NCBI GenBank assembly: GCA_963719515.1
Contig: CAVRCJ010000011.1
Coordinates: 128,001 to 192,000 of the forward strand
DNA length: 64,000 nucleotides
Origin: an uncultured cyanobacterium
GTDB taxonomy: Bacteria; Cyanobacteriota; Cyanobacteriia; CAKZMO01
Direction: 5' to 3'
Shown here: piece by piece, positions 42,095 to 52,231 of the stretch
Layout: each line of letters opens with the position of its first letter
Numbering within the stretch: position 1 is the first letter of the stretch
Notes under the pieces: model-generated
What the model was told of the DNA's origin: nothing
The model's input: the letters and a program-made list of their open reading frames with translations, nothing else
Database searches by the model: none
Translations under genes and position numbers: made by a program

Positions 42095-42829
42095 TTAAAG
42101 GAATTTTTCTCCGAACCAGCCGATCTGACGCAGAATGCCCCGCAGCATGGTGACTTCCTGTGAGGAGAGCTGTGCCCGATGCCCCAGCACGCGAAACTTT
42201 TCCATGCGGCTGGCTGCGGTGTGGGAGTGGAGGTAGCCAATCCGGAGCAGCGTCGATTCTAAATGTTGATAGAGTCCCTCAACTTCATTGAGGGGCGCAG
42301 CGGTCTCATCCACTCCAGACAGGGCCGGAGCGACGACGGGGTCACTCAGCGCCGGACGTGACAGCTCATAACAGCAGATGGCAACGGCCTGCGCCAGGTT
42401 TAGCGACGGGTAGATAGGGCTTGTGGGAATCCGGATGCTGCACTGGGCATAGGCCAGCTCCTCATTGCTCAACCCCCGATCCTCGGGGCCAAAGATTAGC
42501 GCGGATTTTCCAGCCTCCGCCAACAGCCGACCTAGCCCCACCTCTGGGCTGTACAGGGGGCGATTGGCGCGATCGCGGGCGGTGGTGGCTACCGCCTGCT
42601 GACAGCCTTCCAGCGCCTCAGGAAGCGAGGCAACCCGCTGGGCCTGCTCTAGGACATCTGCCGCATGCACCGCCATCAGATAGGCTTCATCCCCCAGGGG
42701 ATCGCAGCGGGGGTTGACCAGCACGAGCTGCGAGAGCCCCATATTTTTCATGACGCGGGCGATCGCCCCCACATTGAGCCCCCCCACGGGCTCGACCAAC
42801 ACGATGCGCAGTTTATCCAGCTTTGCCAT
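42095..42829 (-). CDS. trmJ: TrmJ/LasT-family tRNA methyltransferase (SPOUT)
   Basis: NVGAIARVMKNMG, FGPEDRGLSNEEL and SLNLAQAV. Confidence 0.88.
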   Translation of the reverse strand: MAKLDKLRIVLVEPVGGLNVGAIARVMKNMGLSQLVLVNPRCDPLGDEAYLMAVHAADVLEQAQRVASLPEALEGCQQAVATTARDRANRPLYSPEVGLGRLLAEAGKSALIFGPEDRGLSNEELAYAQCSIRIPTSPIYPSLNLAQAVAICCYELSRPALSDPVVAPALSGVDETAAPLNEVEGLYQHLESTLLRIGYLHSHTAASRMEKFRVLGHRAQLSSQEVTMLRGILRQIGWFGEKFL

Positions 42830-42936
42830 TTGTCATACTTCAACAAGTGCAGGGCGCTGTTATTACAGTCCGCTGCTAATACAGAGCCCTGAGATAGGGC
42901 CAACGCAATCAAGTATCACGTTACAGCTATTTAGCC

Positions 42937-43101
42937 ATGGGACGCACCCGATCCAAAGCCGACCTGCCCAGTAAAATCTGCCCCGTGTGTCAGCGCCCCT
43001 TTACCTGGCGAAAAAAGTGGAAAGACTGTTGGGACGACGTCAAGTATTGCTCCGAGCGCTGCCGGCGGCGGCGGCGCTCGGAGCGAGAGACGCCCTCGTA
43101 G
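42937..43101 (+). CDS. DUF2256-family small protein (54 aa, not in the ORF track)
   Basis: Translated by hand: MGRTRSKADLPSKICPVCQRPFTWRKKWKDCWDDVKYCSERCRRRRRSERETPS. Confidence 0.85.
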   Translation: MGRTRSKADLPSKICPVCQRPFTWRKKWKDCWDDVKYCSERCRRRRRSERETPS

Positions 43102-43254
43102 TACCCAGTGGCAGATCGAACCCGTGGCAGATTGAACCAGTGACAGATTGAACTAGTGGCCTGCTGTGCTCATCCAAGGGACATCCTGCAATTCAGTGAC
43201 GCCTATAGGGTAAGCTTTGTACGATCTACAGACGGCAAGGCAGCAGCAAAACCC

Positions 43255-44229
43255 ATGGCACCCCCCCAAACAGCGAACCCAGTCCAGCCCAAACTCATCA
43301 TTCACGGCGGAGCCGGTAGCTCGCTCAAAGGAAAAGGGGGCTTAGAGGCGGTGCGGCAATCGCTGCACGCCATTGTGCGAGAAACGTTTGCCTGCCTGGA
43401 GAAGGGAGGATCGGCAGAAGACGCCGTCATGCTGGGCTGCCGCCTACTTGAGGATGAGCCTCGCTTCAACGCCGGGACCGGCTCGGTACTGCAATCTGAC
43501 GGACAGGTGCGCATGAGCGCAGCCCTGATGAAGGGAGACCTGCAGCGCTTTAGCGGCGTCATCAACGTGGGCCGGGTCAAAAATCCAATCGAGCTCGCCC
43601 AGCAGCTTCAAGGCTCACCCGACCGGGTGCTGTCGGAAACCGGAGCGGCGATGCTGGCCCGGGAGCAGCAGGTGCCTCCCTACGACCCGGCGACAGACCT
43701 GCGGCTGCAGGAATGGCTACAGGAGCGGGCCGGTAACTTTGAGCCCGGAATGGCAAACGTTATCGCCGAGGTCCTACCGGCCACAGCTGCCGGAGACACC
43801 GCCGGGCGGGGCACTATTGGGGTGGTGGCCCTAGACGCGCAGGGGCGTTTGGCGGTGGGGACCTCCACCGGAGGAAAAGGCTTCGAGCGCATTGGCCGGG
43901 TCAGCGACTCCGCCATGCCTGCCGGCAACTACGCTACGCCCACCTCGGCCATCAGCTGCACCGGCATCGGCGAGGACATCATTGATGAATGTCTGGCCCC
44001 CCGAATTGCCGTTCGCGTCACCGACGGGGCGACCCTAGAGACTGCCTTTGCCCGCTCCTGCGCCGAGGCCCACCAAAACCAGCGAGACCTCGGGGCCATC
44101 GGCCTCGACCACACCGGGGCGATCGCCTGGGGCAAAACCAGCGACATCTTGCTGGCGGCCTACCATACGGGCGCTGAGGTGGGCGACACTTTAGAAGATC
44201 CCATCGGGCTATACACGAAAGGGTGCTAG
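43255..44229 (+). CDS. iaaA: Isoaspartyl peptidase / L-asparaginase (Ntn hydrolase)
   Basis: IIHGGAG, FNAGTGS, GTIGVVALD, TSTGG, GRVSDS and CTGIGE. Confidence 0.88.
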   Translation: MAPPQTANPVQPKLIIHGGAGSSLKGKGGLEAVRQSLHAIVRETFACLEKGGSAEDAVMLGCRLLEDEPRFNAGTGSVLQSDGQVRMSAALMKGDLQRFSGVINVGRVKNPIELAQQLQGSPDRVLSETGAAMLAREQQVPPYDPATDLRLQEWLQERAGNFEPGMANVIAEVLPATAAGDTAGRGTIGVVALDAQGRLAVGTSTGGKGFERIGRVSDSAMPAGNYATPTSAISCTGIGEDIIDECLAPRIAVRVTDGATLETAFARSCAEAHQNQRDLGAIGLDHTGAIAWGKTSDILLAAYHTGAEVGDTLEDPIGLYTKGC

Positions 44230-44663
44230 CGGCAGCTCCCTAAAAGGCAGCCTCCAGTTTGACTTTGCAAATCGCCTATGCCGTCCGGACGAAGAGACTG
44301 GCGATCGCTATAGTGGACAAGCGCTAGCTGTCATTGCCTCCCAATTTCTTGCCTGAGCGGTCGGCGATCGCCATATTGACGGCTTATTTTTGGCCATTGG
44401 GGAACTCTAACCGCTGTTTTACAGACAGCTGTTATCGAGGTAGTTCCAATTCAGGCAAGCGCTAATGAGCTGAATTTGTCGGATGGGGACTATAGCGACT
44501 ATCCTGGGAAGCTGAGACCGTGATTATGGTCGATTACAATGGGTATTGCTTGCGCACTTAACCCCACCCTTTATTTTTAACCTCAGCTATCGGTAGCTTC
44601 CGCGCCCTCGAAACACCTGCCAGATAGCGCCAACGTATTTAAGGCTGACGTACAAGTACGATT

Positions 44664-46175
44664 ATGATTAAGCATTCTTCTAATAAATCTTATCAACGAG
44701 CCTGTTCAGTGATAGCTAGCGGGCTAAGCTGTGCCGGCCTACTGGGAAGCGCGGCCAACGTGGCGATCGCCAAGCAGGTCATCACCGTGGCGTCTCAGTC
44801 GGCGACTGACGCCCCACCCCCAGCCCTTTCGCTAGACGCCGCTCCCCTAGAGACGGCGGTTGTGTTGCCTCCAGAATACTTCCCGCTTGAGATACCGACT
44901 GCTGAGGAGACGGCCTCCAAATCCAATGCGCCTAGTTCTGCCACCGCCGGCGCTGTTGCCGAAGATTGGGTGGCCTCGGCGGCAGAAGCCCCCGCTGACG
45001 CCACCATCGACATCGACGTTTCCGCAGCTGACGCCCCCTCGGTAGCAGCGCCCGCCGCCGAGCTGATAACCCCGGCTCCTGCTGCGCAGCCGGTTCTAGA
45101 CCCTGTGGAAGTTCTCCCTACGGAGTCGACTTCGGCCCCGACCGATTCTGGGGCTGAAGTCGACTTCGGCGCTCAGTACATTGACCCCACCGACTACAGC
45201 GTTGGCGCTACAGAACCTACCGCTGCCCCTGACGTGGTGCTCTCAGAGCGCTCCACAGGCTGCAAAACTGTACTTCGCCAAGGCGAGGCCATTCCCTCTA
45301 GCGTCTGCGGCGACGCCGCGCCGGCGGCACCAGGATCTGCAGGCTCTGCAGGCTCCGTCGCCCGTCGTGCATCCCCCCGGCCAGCGGTCAATGCGGTTCG
45401 CGTTGGGGCGGTTAGCATTGACGGCAACGGCATTCACCTGCGCCGCTCCGTCCGCGATTATTACAGCCGCACTGCCCGCCCCAGAGCGCTGCAAAGCAAC
45501 GGCAACAGGGCGCTGATGTTTCCCCTGGCCATTCCCGCTCGAATTTCCTCCCCCTTCGGCTGGCGGGTCCATCCCATCTTCGGCAATCACCGCCTCCATA
45601 CCGGAACCGACCTGTCCGCGGCCCAGGGAACGCCCATCGTCGCAGCCTACTCAGGGCGGGTCGCCCTCTCGGATATTCTGGGGGGCTACGGCGTCACGGT
45701 GGTGCTTCAGCACGATGAGCGCTCGGCGCAAACGCTGTACGGCCACATGTCTGAGGTGTTCGTTAAATCTGGCGAGTGGGTCGAGCAGGGAACGGTGATT
45801 GGCCGCGTGGGCAGCACCGGCAACTCCACCGGCCCTCACCTGCACTTTGAGTACCGTCAGCGCACCGCCGATGGTTGGGTGGCCGTCAACGCGGGCGAAC
45901 TGCTGAATCAGTCTTTGGCCTATCTGCAAGATGGCTTCCAGCTCGCCGCTGTGCAAATCAACGCCGGGACAAGCCTAGAGATCCCTCAGCTCAGCATTCC
46001 TAAGCTGCTGCGAGCCGGCAAGGATGCGACGAAAGAGGCGTCGCCAGATGGGGCCATCGCCGCCAATATCGCCGCCCCCGAAATGATAGCAGTGCCCGGC
46101 ATAGTCGCTAAGTTTGAGTCTAGAACTCCGGCTGCGCCTCAGCTCGTTACTGAACTTGAATCCATAGCGCGATAG
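44664..46175 (+). CDS. Exported M23 family metallopeptidase
   Basis: HTGTD, YGH and STGPHLHFE. Confidence 0.88.
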   Translation: MIKHSSNKSYQRACSVIASGLSCAGLLGSAANVAIAKQVITVASQSATDAPPPALSLDAAPLETAVVLPPEYFPLEIPTAEETASKSNAPSSATAGAVAEDWVASAAEAPADATIDIDVSAADAPSVAAPAAELITPAPAAQPVLDPVEVLPTESTSAPTDSGAEVDFGAQYIDPTDYSVGATEPTAAPDVVLSERSTGCKTVLRQGEAIPSSVCGDAAPAAPGSAGSAGSVARRASPRPAVNAVRVGAVSIDGNGIHLRRSVRDYYSRTARPRALQSNGNRALMFPLAIPARISSPFGWRVHPIFGNHRLHTGTDLSAAQGTPIVAAYSGRVALSDILGGYGVTVVLQHDERSAQTLYGHMSEVFVKSGEWVEQGTVIGRVGSTGNSTGPHLHFEYRQRTADGWVAVNAGELLNQSLAYLQDGFQLAAVQINAGTSLEIPQLSIPKLLRAGKDATKEASPDGAIAANIAAPEMIAVPGIVAKFESRTPAAPQLVTELESIAR

Positions 46176-46254
46176 CGAGCCGAGCGGGCGCAGTGGCCCC
46201 AAGCTGCTGCGCCCGGGCATACTGAACCTGCCGTCTATCGCTGCTCACCTACCC

Positions 46255-47016
46255 ATGACATCTGCTCCGTTTTTGCTGCTCGGTGAACAGCCGATTTCCT
46301 TGAGTGAGGCAATTCGCTATCTGCAAAGAGGCCAGAAGTTTGACGCTCTGGTGGGTGAGGTCGTGCGGCAGTACGTGCTGGAGCAGGCTTTGGCGCAGCA
46401 GTCCACTCCTATTGATGCGGCGGCAGTAGAGCAGGCCGTGATTGACTTTCGTCTGCAGCAGCAGCTTGCAGACCCAGCAGCTTTCCAGGAGTGGCTAACG
46501 AGCAACGGCCTGACCTTTGAACAGTTTCAGCAACAGGTGACGGCGGGTTTTCGCGTCAGAGCGCTAAAAGAGGCGATCGCCCTCCCCAAGCTGCAGCAGT
46601 ACTTTATCGAGCGCAAGCTCTACCTAGACCGGGTGGTGCTCTCGCGCATCATCGTCGAAGACAAAGACCTGATAGAAGAGCTGCGTCACCAGGTTGTAGA
46701 GAAGCAGGCCAGTTTCGAGGCGCTGGCGCGGGAGTTCTCTATCACCGACGATCGCATCGTCAACGGCATGGTGGGGCCGGTGAGCCGGGGTACAATGCCG
46801 GATGAGCTGCGGGTTGCGGTCGACGAGGCTGGCCCTGAAGAGCTAGTCGGCCCGATTCACATGGACGAGCGCTGGGGACTGTTTCGCGTTGAGGCGGTGC
46901 TGCCCGCTTCCTTAGAAGACGACGCCCTCAAACAAGCGCTCATCGACGAGATATTTGAGCAGTGGCTGGCCGAAACCATCGAATCAACACCGATTCAGCT
47001 CCAGGTCACAGCATGA
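46255..47016 (+). CDS. PpiC/parvulin-type peptidyl-prolyl isomerase associated with T1SS
   Basis: SFEALAREFS..D...NGMVG; ATGA overlap with the downstream ABC transporter. Confidence 0.8.
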   Translation: MTSAPFLLLGEQPISLSEAIRYLQRGQKFDALVGEVVRQYVLEQALAQQSTPIDAAAVEQAVIDFRLQQQLADPAAFQEWLTSNGLTFEQFQQQVTAGFRVRALKEAIALPKLQQYFIERKLYLDRVVLSRIIVEDKDLIEELRHQVVEKQASFEALAREFSITDDRIVNGMVGPVSRGTMPDELRVAVDEAGPEELVGPIHMDERWGLFRVEAVLPASLEDDALKQALIDEIFEQWLAETIESTPIQLQVTA

Positions 47017-49579
47017 TCTCTGAAGCGCCCCAGCTCGACTGGGATCAGCCGCCGCTGCAGTTGCTTGCCCCCCACCAGCGCGATCGCATCCAGCAGGCAG
47101 CAACCCAGAGAACCTATCGGTTGGGTAAGGTAATTTGGCCCGCCGCATTACAGAGGGGCCGGAGCAGGGGCCGGAGCAGGGGCCGGAGCAGTATCTAATC
47201 CTCTCTGGGCAGGTGCGGCTGGTGTCTCCCGACGGAGATGCCCTTTTGGGGGCGGGGGACTGGTTTGGCGAGCTGCTGCAGCTAGAGGGCTGGAAGGCGA
47301 GGGCTGCGAGCCGGGAGGTGGTGGTTCTAGCCTGGGAGGCGGCCCTGTGGCGATCGCTGCTTCAAGCTCCGGCCCAACGCAGCGCCAACGACCCAGCGCC
47401 GCTACAGAAATTTTGGACCGAGCTACAGGCGCGCTATCAGCCTGTCTCGCTGGACTTAGACCTCGTGGCAGCTTACCCCTACGTGGGCCACATCAACGCG
47501 ATCGCCGCCTGCTTGACCATGGTGTCTCAGCAGCTAGAAGTGCCCGTCCAGCTCGACTGGATGGTGCGGCAGGTGCGCGGACAGCGGCCCAAAGATCTCT
47601 CCAGCGCTGCAGAAAAGGCGGGACTGCAAAGCCGGCGGCTGATGATTTCCACCTGGTCCGATTTACGCCAGACGGTCCTGCCGGCGATTCTCCCATGGGA
47701 CGACCACTGGGCGGTGCTTTACGCCGTTAGGGGCAATAGCCTTACCATCGCCGACCCCTACAGCCCGCACCAGAGCGCTCAGCGGCTACCTAAAGAGGCG
47801 GTAGAGGAGCATTGGGACGGGGAGCTGTGGCAGCTAGACCCCGTACAGGCTCAGGAGAAGTTTGGCCTCAGCTGGTTCCTGCCCGCCGTAATGCGCTATC
47901 GCGGCCTGCTGGGAGAAGTGCTGCTAGCCTCGTTTTCTCTGCAGCTGTTGGGCCTCACTACGCCCATCATTACCCAGGTGGTGATCGACAAGGTCATGGT
48001 GCAGGGCAGCATTCCCACCCTAGACGTGATGGCGATCGCCCTCCTTGCCGTTGCAATCTTCGAGGCGGCGCTGGGCATCCTGCGGATGTTCATCTTCACC
48101 CACACTACAAATAGACTCGATTTGAGCCTCTCGGCCCAGCTGTTTCGTCACCTGCTGCGGCTGCCGCTGTCCTATTTCGAGGCTCGCCGCGTGGGGGATA
48201 CGGTGGCCCGGGTTCAGGAGCTAGAGGAAATCCGCCAGTTTCTCACCAGCACCGCGCTGACCGTGATGCTCGACAGCGTCTTTGCGGCGATTTACCTGGT
48301 GGTGATGCTCTACTACAGCGTTACCCTGACGGGGGTGGCCTTGGCGGTGCTGCCTCTATTTGCGGTCCTCACCCTCGCGTCTACCCCCATTTTGCGGCGC
48401 TGGCTGGACCAAACCTTTGACCGCAGCGCCGACAGTCAGTCCTTTTTGGTAGAGACCGTCACCGGCATCCAAACCGTAAAGGCCCACGCTGGGGAAAAAG
48501 ACGCCCGCGATCGCTGGGAGGGCCTCTATGCTCGCTTCGTGCGCACCGGCTTTCGCGCCAACACCACCGCCAACATCAGCAACCACCTGGGAGATTTTTT
48601 GACCAGCTTCTCTAGCCTGCTGCTGCTGTGGGTGGGGGCGCGGCTGGTGATCAATCAGGATTTTACGATTGGTCAGCTGATTGCCTTTCAGATGTTTACC
48701 GCTCGGGTCACCGGTCCGCTGCTGCGGCTGGTGCAGCTGTGGCAAAACCTGCAGGAGGTGCTGCTGGCGGTAGACCGTATTGGCGACATCCTCAACGTAC
48801 CGCCGGAGGCGGAGCCCGGGACGGGGCTAGTGCTGCCTGCCCTGAAAGGTGAGGTGGCCTTCGATAAAATCTTTTTCCGGTATCAAGAGGCGCAGGAGCC
48901 GATTTTGCGGGGGGTCTCCTTTAAGGCCGAGCCGGGCATGTTTGTGGGCATCGTGGGCCGCAGCGGCTCTGGGAAGAGCACCCTGTCAAAGCTGATGCAG
49001 CGGCTCTATACGCCAGAATCAGGGCGTATCACTGTGGATGGGTTCGACGTTAAAAGCGCCGATTTGGCCTCCCTGCGGCCCCAAATAGCCGTGGTGCTGC
49101 AGGACGACTTTTTGTTCAACGGTTCCATTTTAGACAACATCACTCTGGGCAACTTGGACGTGACGGCGGAGGCGGTGGTGGAGGCGGCGCGACTGGCGGT
49201 GGCCCACGACTTTATATCTGACCTGCCTGAGGGCTATGAGACCAACGTGGGGGAGCGGGGCGTGGCGCTCTCGGGCGGCCAGCGACAGCGGATTACGTTG
49301 GCGCGGCTGTTTCTGTCCCAGGCTCCGATTCTAATTTTGGATGAGGCCACTAGCAATCTAGATGCGGAGACGGAGCAGCAGGTGCTGGAGAACCTGCGCC
49401 AGGCGTCTGAGGGCCGTACGGTGTTTTTGATCGCCCATCGGTTTGCGCCGCTGAAGCGGGCGGATTTAATTCTGGCGATGGAGAAGGGGGTGGTGGTGGA
49501 GCGGGGCACCCATGAGTCGCTGCTGGCGGAGAAGGGGCTGTATCATTCGCTCTACCGGCGGCAGCAGACGTCGGTGTAA
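47013..49579 (+). CDS. HlyB-type T1SS ABC transporter (cNMP-like, C39-like, TMD, ABC), frameshifted near 47150
   Basis: ATG 47013 frame runs to YRLGKVIW; a second frame continues EQYLILSGQVRL. Walker A GRSGSGKS, LSGGQRQR and DEATS. The C39-like domain lacks the first (catalytic) Cys (NAIAACL). Confidence 0.85.
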
Positions 49580-49602
49580 CAAATCCCTTTTCGGAAATTG
49601 GT

Positions 49603-49971
49603 TTAAGACATTGCGGGGGCGGGCTTGCGGCTGGCGCGCTTGCGCTCGGACTTTTTCTTTAAGCCGACGGCTTGGGCTTCGTCGCTGTCGGGGCCGTACT
49701 GGCCGCGCACGCCTTCTTTCATGGCGAGAACGGCGTTGTGGAAGGTCCATTCTGCTAGGCGGGCGGCGTCGGTGGCGGCTTTGTAGGCGGCTTTTTGTTC
49801 GGTTTCGCGCTGTTGGGCGGTGAGCATGGCGCTGTAGGCGTCTTTTAGAACTTCGGGGGCGGCGTCGAGCCTTGGGGGGATGTAGTCTTTGACGTAGGTG
49901 AAGCCGTTGTAGGAATTGATGTCGCGTTTGATGACGTTGCCGGTGAGGCGGCGGTTGGTGTTTTGAATCAT
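49603..49971 (-). CDS. Hypothetical basic protein
   Basis: ATG 49971; helical; ends in RGQYGPDSDEAQAVGLKKKSERKR. Confidence 0.65.
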   Translation of the reverse strand: MIQNTNRRLTGNVIKRDINSYNGFTYVKDYIPPRLDAAPEVLKDAYSAMLTAQQRETEQKAAYKAATDAARLAEWTFHNAVLAMKEGVRGQYGPDSDEAQAVGLKKKSERKRASRKPAPAMS

Positions 49972-50041
49972 TGTTAGGGCGGTGTTACCTAAGTGTGGTA
50001 CAGGCTTATTGTGCCCGTTGCGACACTGGCGGCGATCGCCG

Positions 50042-50694
50042 CTACGGAGAAGCTTCACAGAGTGGGACGCGGTTGGGTTGGGGGGTCAGGATTTGGACTA
50101 GGATTCGCAGGAGGTCGCCTAGGTCGGCGGGCACGCGGTAAAGATCCACATCTTGGGTCACCTGGCGAGACTGGCGATCGAATTGGCCAAATTGCCAAAT
50201 ATTGCCGGTGGAAATTGCCCCTTGTAGGATTGCGTGCTGTCGGACTCTATCCATTGGTCGAGGGCGATGAGTTCAATTGCGAGCTGAACAAAGCCTCGCT
50301 CTAGGTCTTCGTTTTTGGCTTCAATCACCAGGAACGTTTGGTCACTGCGGAGCAAATAATCTAGAGAGCCTTTGAGCTGGCTGCTGACGGCTACGGGATA
50401 TTCAACGTTGAGGGTGGCTTGGGTGTAGTGCAGGAGATCGGTTAGGACAGGGGCAATCAGAAATTCCCGACGGGCCATTTCGCTGGTGAGGCTGAGGCGG
50501 GGCAAGCTTTCTTCGATGCGGGCTTTGAGGTCGGTGAGGCGATCGAGGGGGCCTTGGTATTGGGGGAGTTTTAAGGAGCGGCGCTGGAGGGTGACGCCGA
50601 AGTAGGCGAGGATGTCTTGCGGGGCAAAGTTGAGCTTGAAGTAGTCTGAGAAGGTGTAGGACTGGTCGGGGTGGATGATGTTAGCTTTGGGCAT
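50042..50694 (-). CDS. PD-(D/E)XK-like cyanobacterial protein, frameshifted near 50242
   Basis: SEMARRE..IAPVL and LKGSLDY..VIEAK; continues in another frame as ILQGAISTGNIWQFG. Confidence 0.7.
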
Positions 50695-50766
50695 GGCTTT
50701 TGTCAGAGATACAGCTTGTGATGCTAGTGGCTGTTGTCAGGGCTTGCCCTCTGGTCTCCTACGAGC

Positions 50767-50855
50767 TTAGTCCTGCTCGAACTGCTGGGGTAGCAGGAAG
50801 ATGTGATCAATGATGGCTAAGTTGAGCAGGGGGAGGTGTCACTGACGACGGGCAT
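50767..50855 (-). pseudogene. N-terminal stub of a DUF3368/PIN-domain toxin
   Basis: MPVVSDTSP(L)LNLAIIDHIFLLPQQFEQD* when one C is added; overlaps the antitoxin stop. Confidence 0.6.
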
Positions 50856-51120
50856 AGTTTAGGTCTTCTGTCAGTTCGGTTTCTGAGTAGTGCCGGGGGA
50901 TATCGCGATCGCGCAAGCGCTGACTTGTCGGTTCGCCTATGAGCTGGCTGAACTGGTGGTGATTGAGGTGGGCGAGTTCGCGGGCTTTGCCAAAGGATAG
51001 GAGTTCTTGAGCATAGAGGGCTAAGGCGAGTTCTTTGAGCAGTTCGGCCTCAATGCGGTTTTCGGGGAGGCGGATGGATTGGATGATGGATTCGGGGATG
51101 GATAGTTGCCTTGGCTTTAT
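50839..51120 (-). pseudogene. UPF0175-family antitoxin-like gene with no ATG and a 24-nt insert
   Basis: QLSIPESIIQSIRLPENRIEAELLKELALALYAQELLSFGKARELA...IPRHYSETELTEDLNYA. Confidence 0.7.
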
Positions 51121-51194
51121 AGCTTTGGATAGGTTGACGAGGATGTTGTGGACTTTAGCGGCATTAAGCTGAGGTCTGGGAAGGGTTCATGGCG

Positions 51195-51394
51195 ATCGCC
51201 TCGCGGGAGCTTTACTCTTATCGCCTCGCGGGAGCTTTGCTCTTATCGCCTCGCGGGAGCTTTGCTCTTATCGCCTCGCGAGAGCTCTGCTCTTATCGCC
51301 TCGCGGGAGCTTTGCTCTTATCGCCTCGCGAGAGCTCTGCTCTTATCGCCTCGCGGGAGCTTTGCTCTTATCGCCTCGCGAGAGCTTTGCCCCT
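51195..51394. repeat. Tandem array, 8 x 25 bp (consensus ATCGCCTCGCGRGAGCTYTGCTCTT)
   Basis: Units start at 51195, 51220, ... 51370, with no spacers. Confidence 0.95.
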
Positions 51395-51511
51395 ATTGTC
51401 CCTTGATAGTTTTCTTCTGCGATTTCGGGAGCTGGCTTCTGAGGCGATAGTCGTTTGAGATGTTGGCTCGGTTTCAATAACGCGCATATTGCTTGGGCCT
51501 TATCTCGAAGG

Positions 51512-52231
51512 TTAATGGCTTCGCCAGGTCTCTGCGGCTAGCGGCAACTCGTTCAGCTCAGCGCGGGCTTCGCGCCAGGTTGGGTAATGTTGATTTAGCA
51601 GCGCCATGAAGCGATCGCTGTGGGTTGGTTCAATCAGATGCGCCATTTCGTGAACGACGACGTATTCGAGTAAGTCTTTGGGCTTTTTGACTAGCTCGGT
51701 ATTGAGCCGGATATTCTTAGCCTGGTGGCTACAGCTTCCCCACTTTGTTTTCATCCGCTGCAAGAAGTAGCGCTCTACCTCGACGCCTAGCTTCTCCTGC
51801 CACTTTTGAATCAGCGGCGGAATGGCTTGATGCAGCAGCGATTTATGCCACTCATGCAGTACAGCGGCGCGCTTGACCCAGTCGCTGCCGGGGCGGACCT
51901 GCAGCAGGATGCGTTTGTGGTCAAGGGTTATGCTGGGCTTAGCATCTTGGTAGATTACTGACAGTAGATAGCGACGTCCCCAAAGGGAGTGGCTTTCGCG
52001 CTCCACAAACTGTCGAGGCGTTTCTCGGGCCTGGTGCTCAAACTGGCGCTGCTGCTCGCGAATCCAGCTCAGCTTGCTGATGGCGTAGGCGCGGGCTACG
52101 TCGAGGCGGGTAGACGTAGGTGCAACTAGGGTGACGCGACCGTCGGGGGGATGCACCGACAGATGGACGTTTTTAACGTCTTTCTGGGTGATGGTGAGGG
52201 CAATGTTCCCTAGCTGGATGGTCTCGGTCAT
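51512..52231 (-). CDS. M48/YgjP (DUF45) metal-dependent hydrolase associated with type I R-M
   Basis: MKTKWGSC and [13 protein letters not shown] overlap with hsdR. Confidence 0.88.
   Translation of the reverse strand: MTETIQLGNIALTITQKDVKNVHLSVHPPDGRVTLVAPTSTRLDVARAYAISKLSWIREQQRQFEHQARETPRQFVERESHSLWGRRYLLSVIYQDAKPSITLDHKRILLQVRPGSDWVKRAAVLHEWHKSLLHQAIPPLIQKWQEKLGVEVERYFLQRMKTKWGSCSHQAKNIRLNTELVKKPKDLLEYVVVHEMAHLIEPTHSDRFMALLNQHYPTWREARAELNELPLAAETWRSH

Noticed and set aside
42913..42924. NtcA box upstream of DUF2256-iaaA
   Set aside because: GTATCACGTTAC is GTA-N6-TAC, not the canonical GTA-N8-TAC.
51195..51394. Possible CRISPR array
   Set aside because: The units are contiguous with no unique spacers, and there are no cas genes in the window.
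51148..51458. ORFs 51148-51450 and 51189-51458
   Set aside because: They are translations of the 25-bp array with no independent coding signal.
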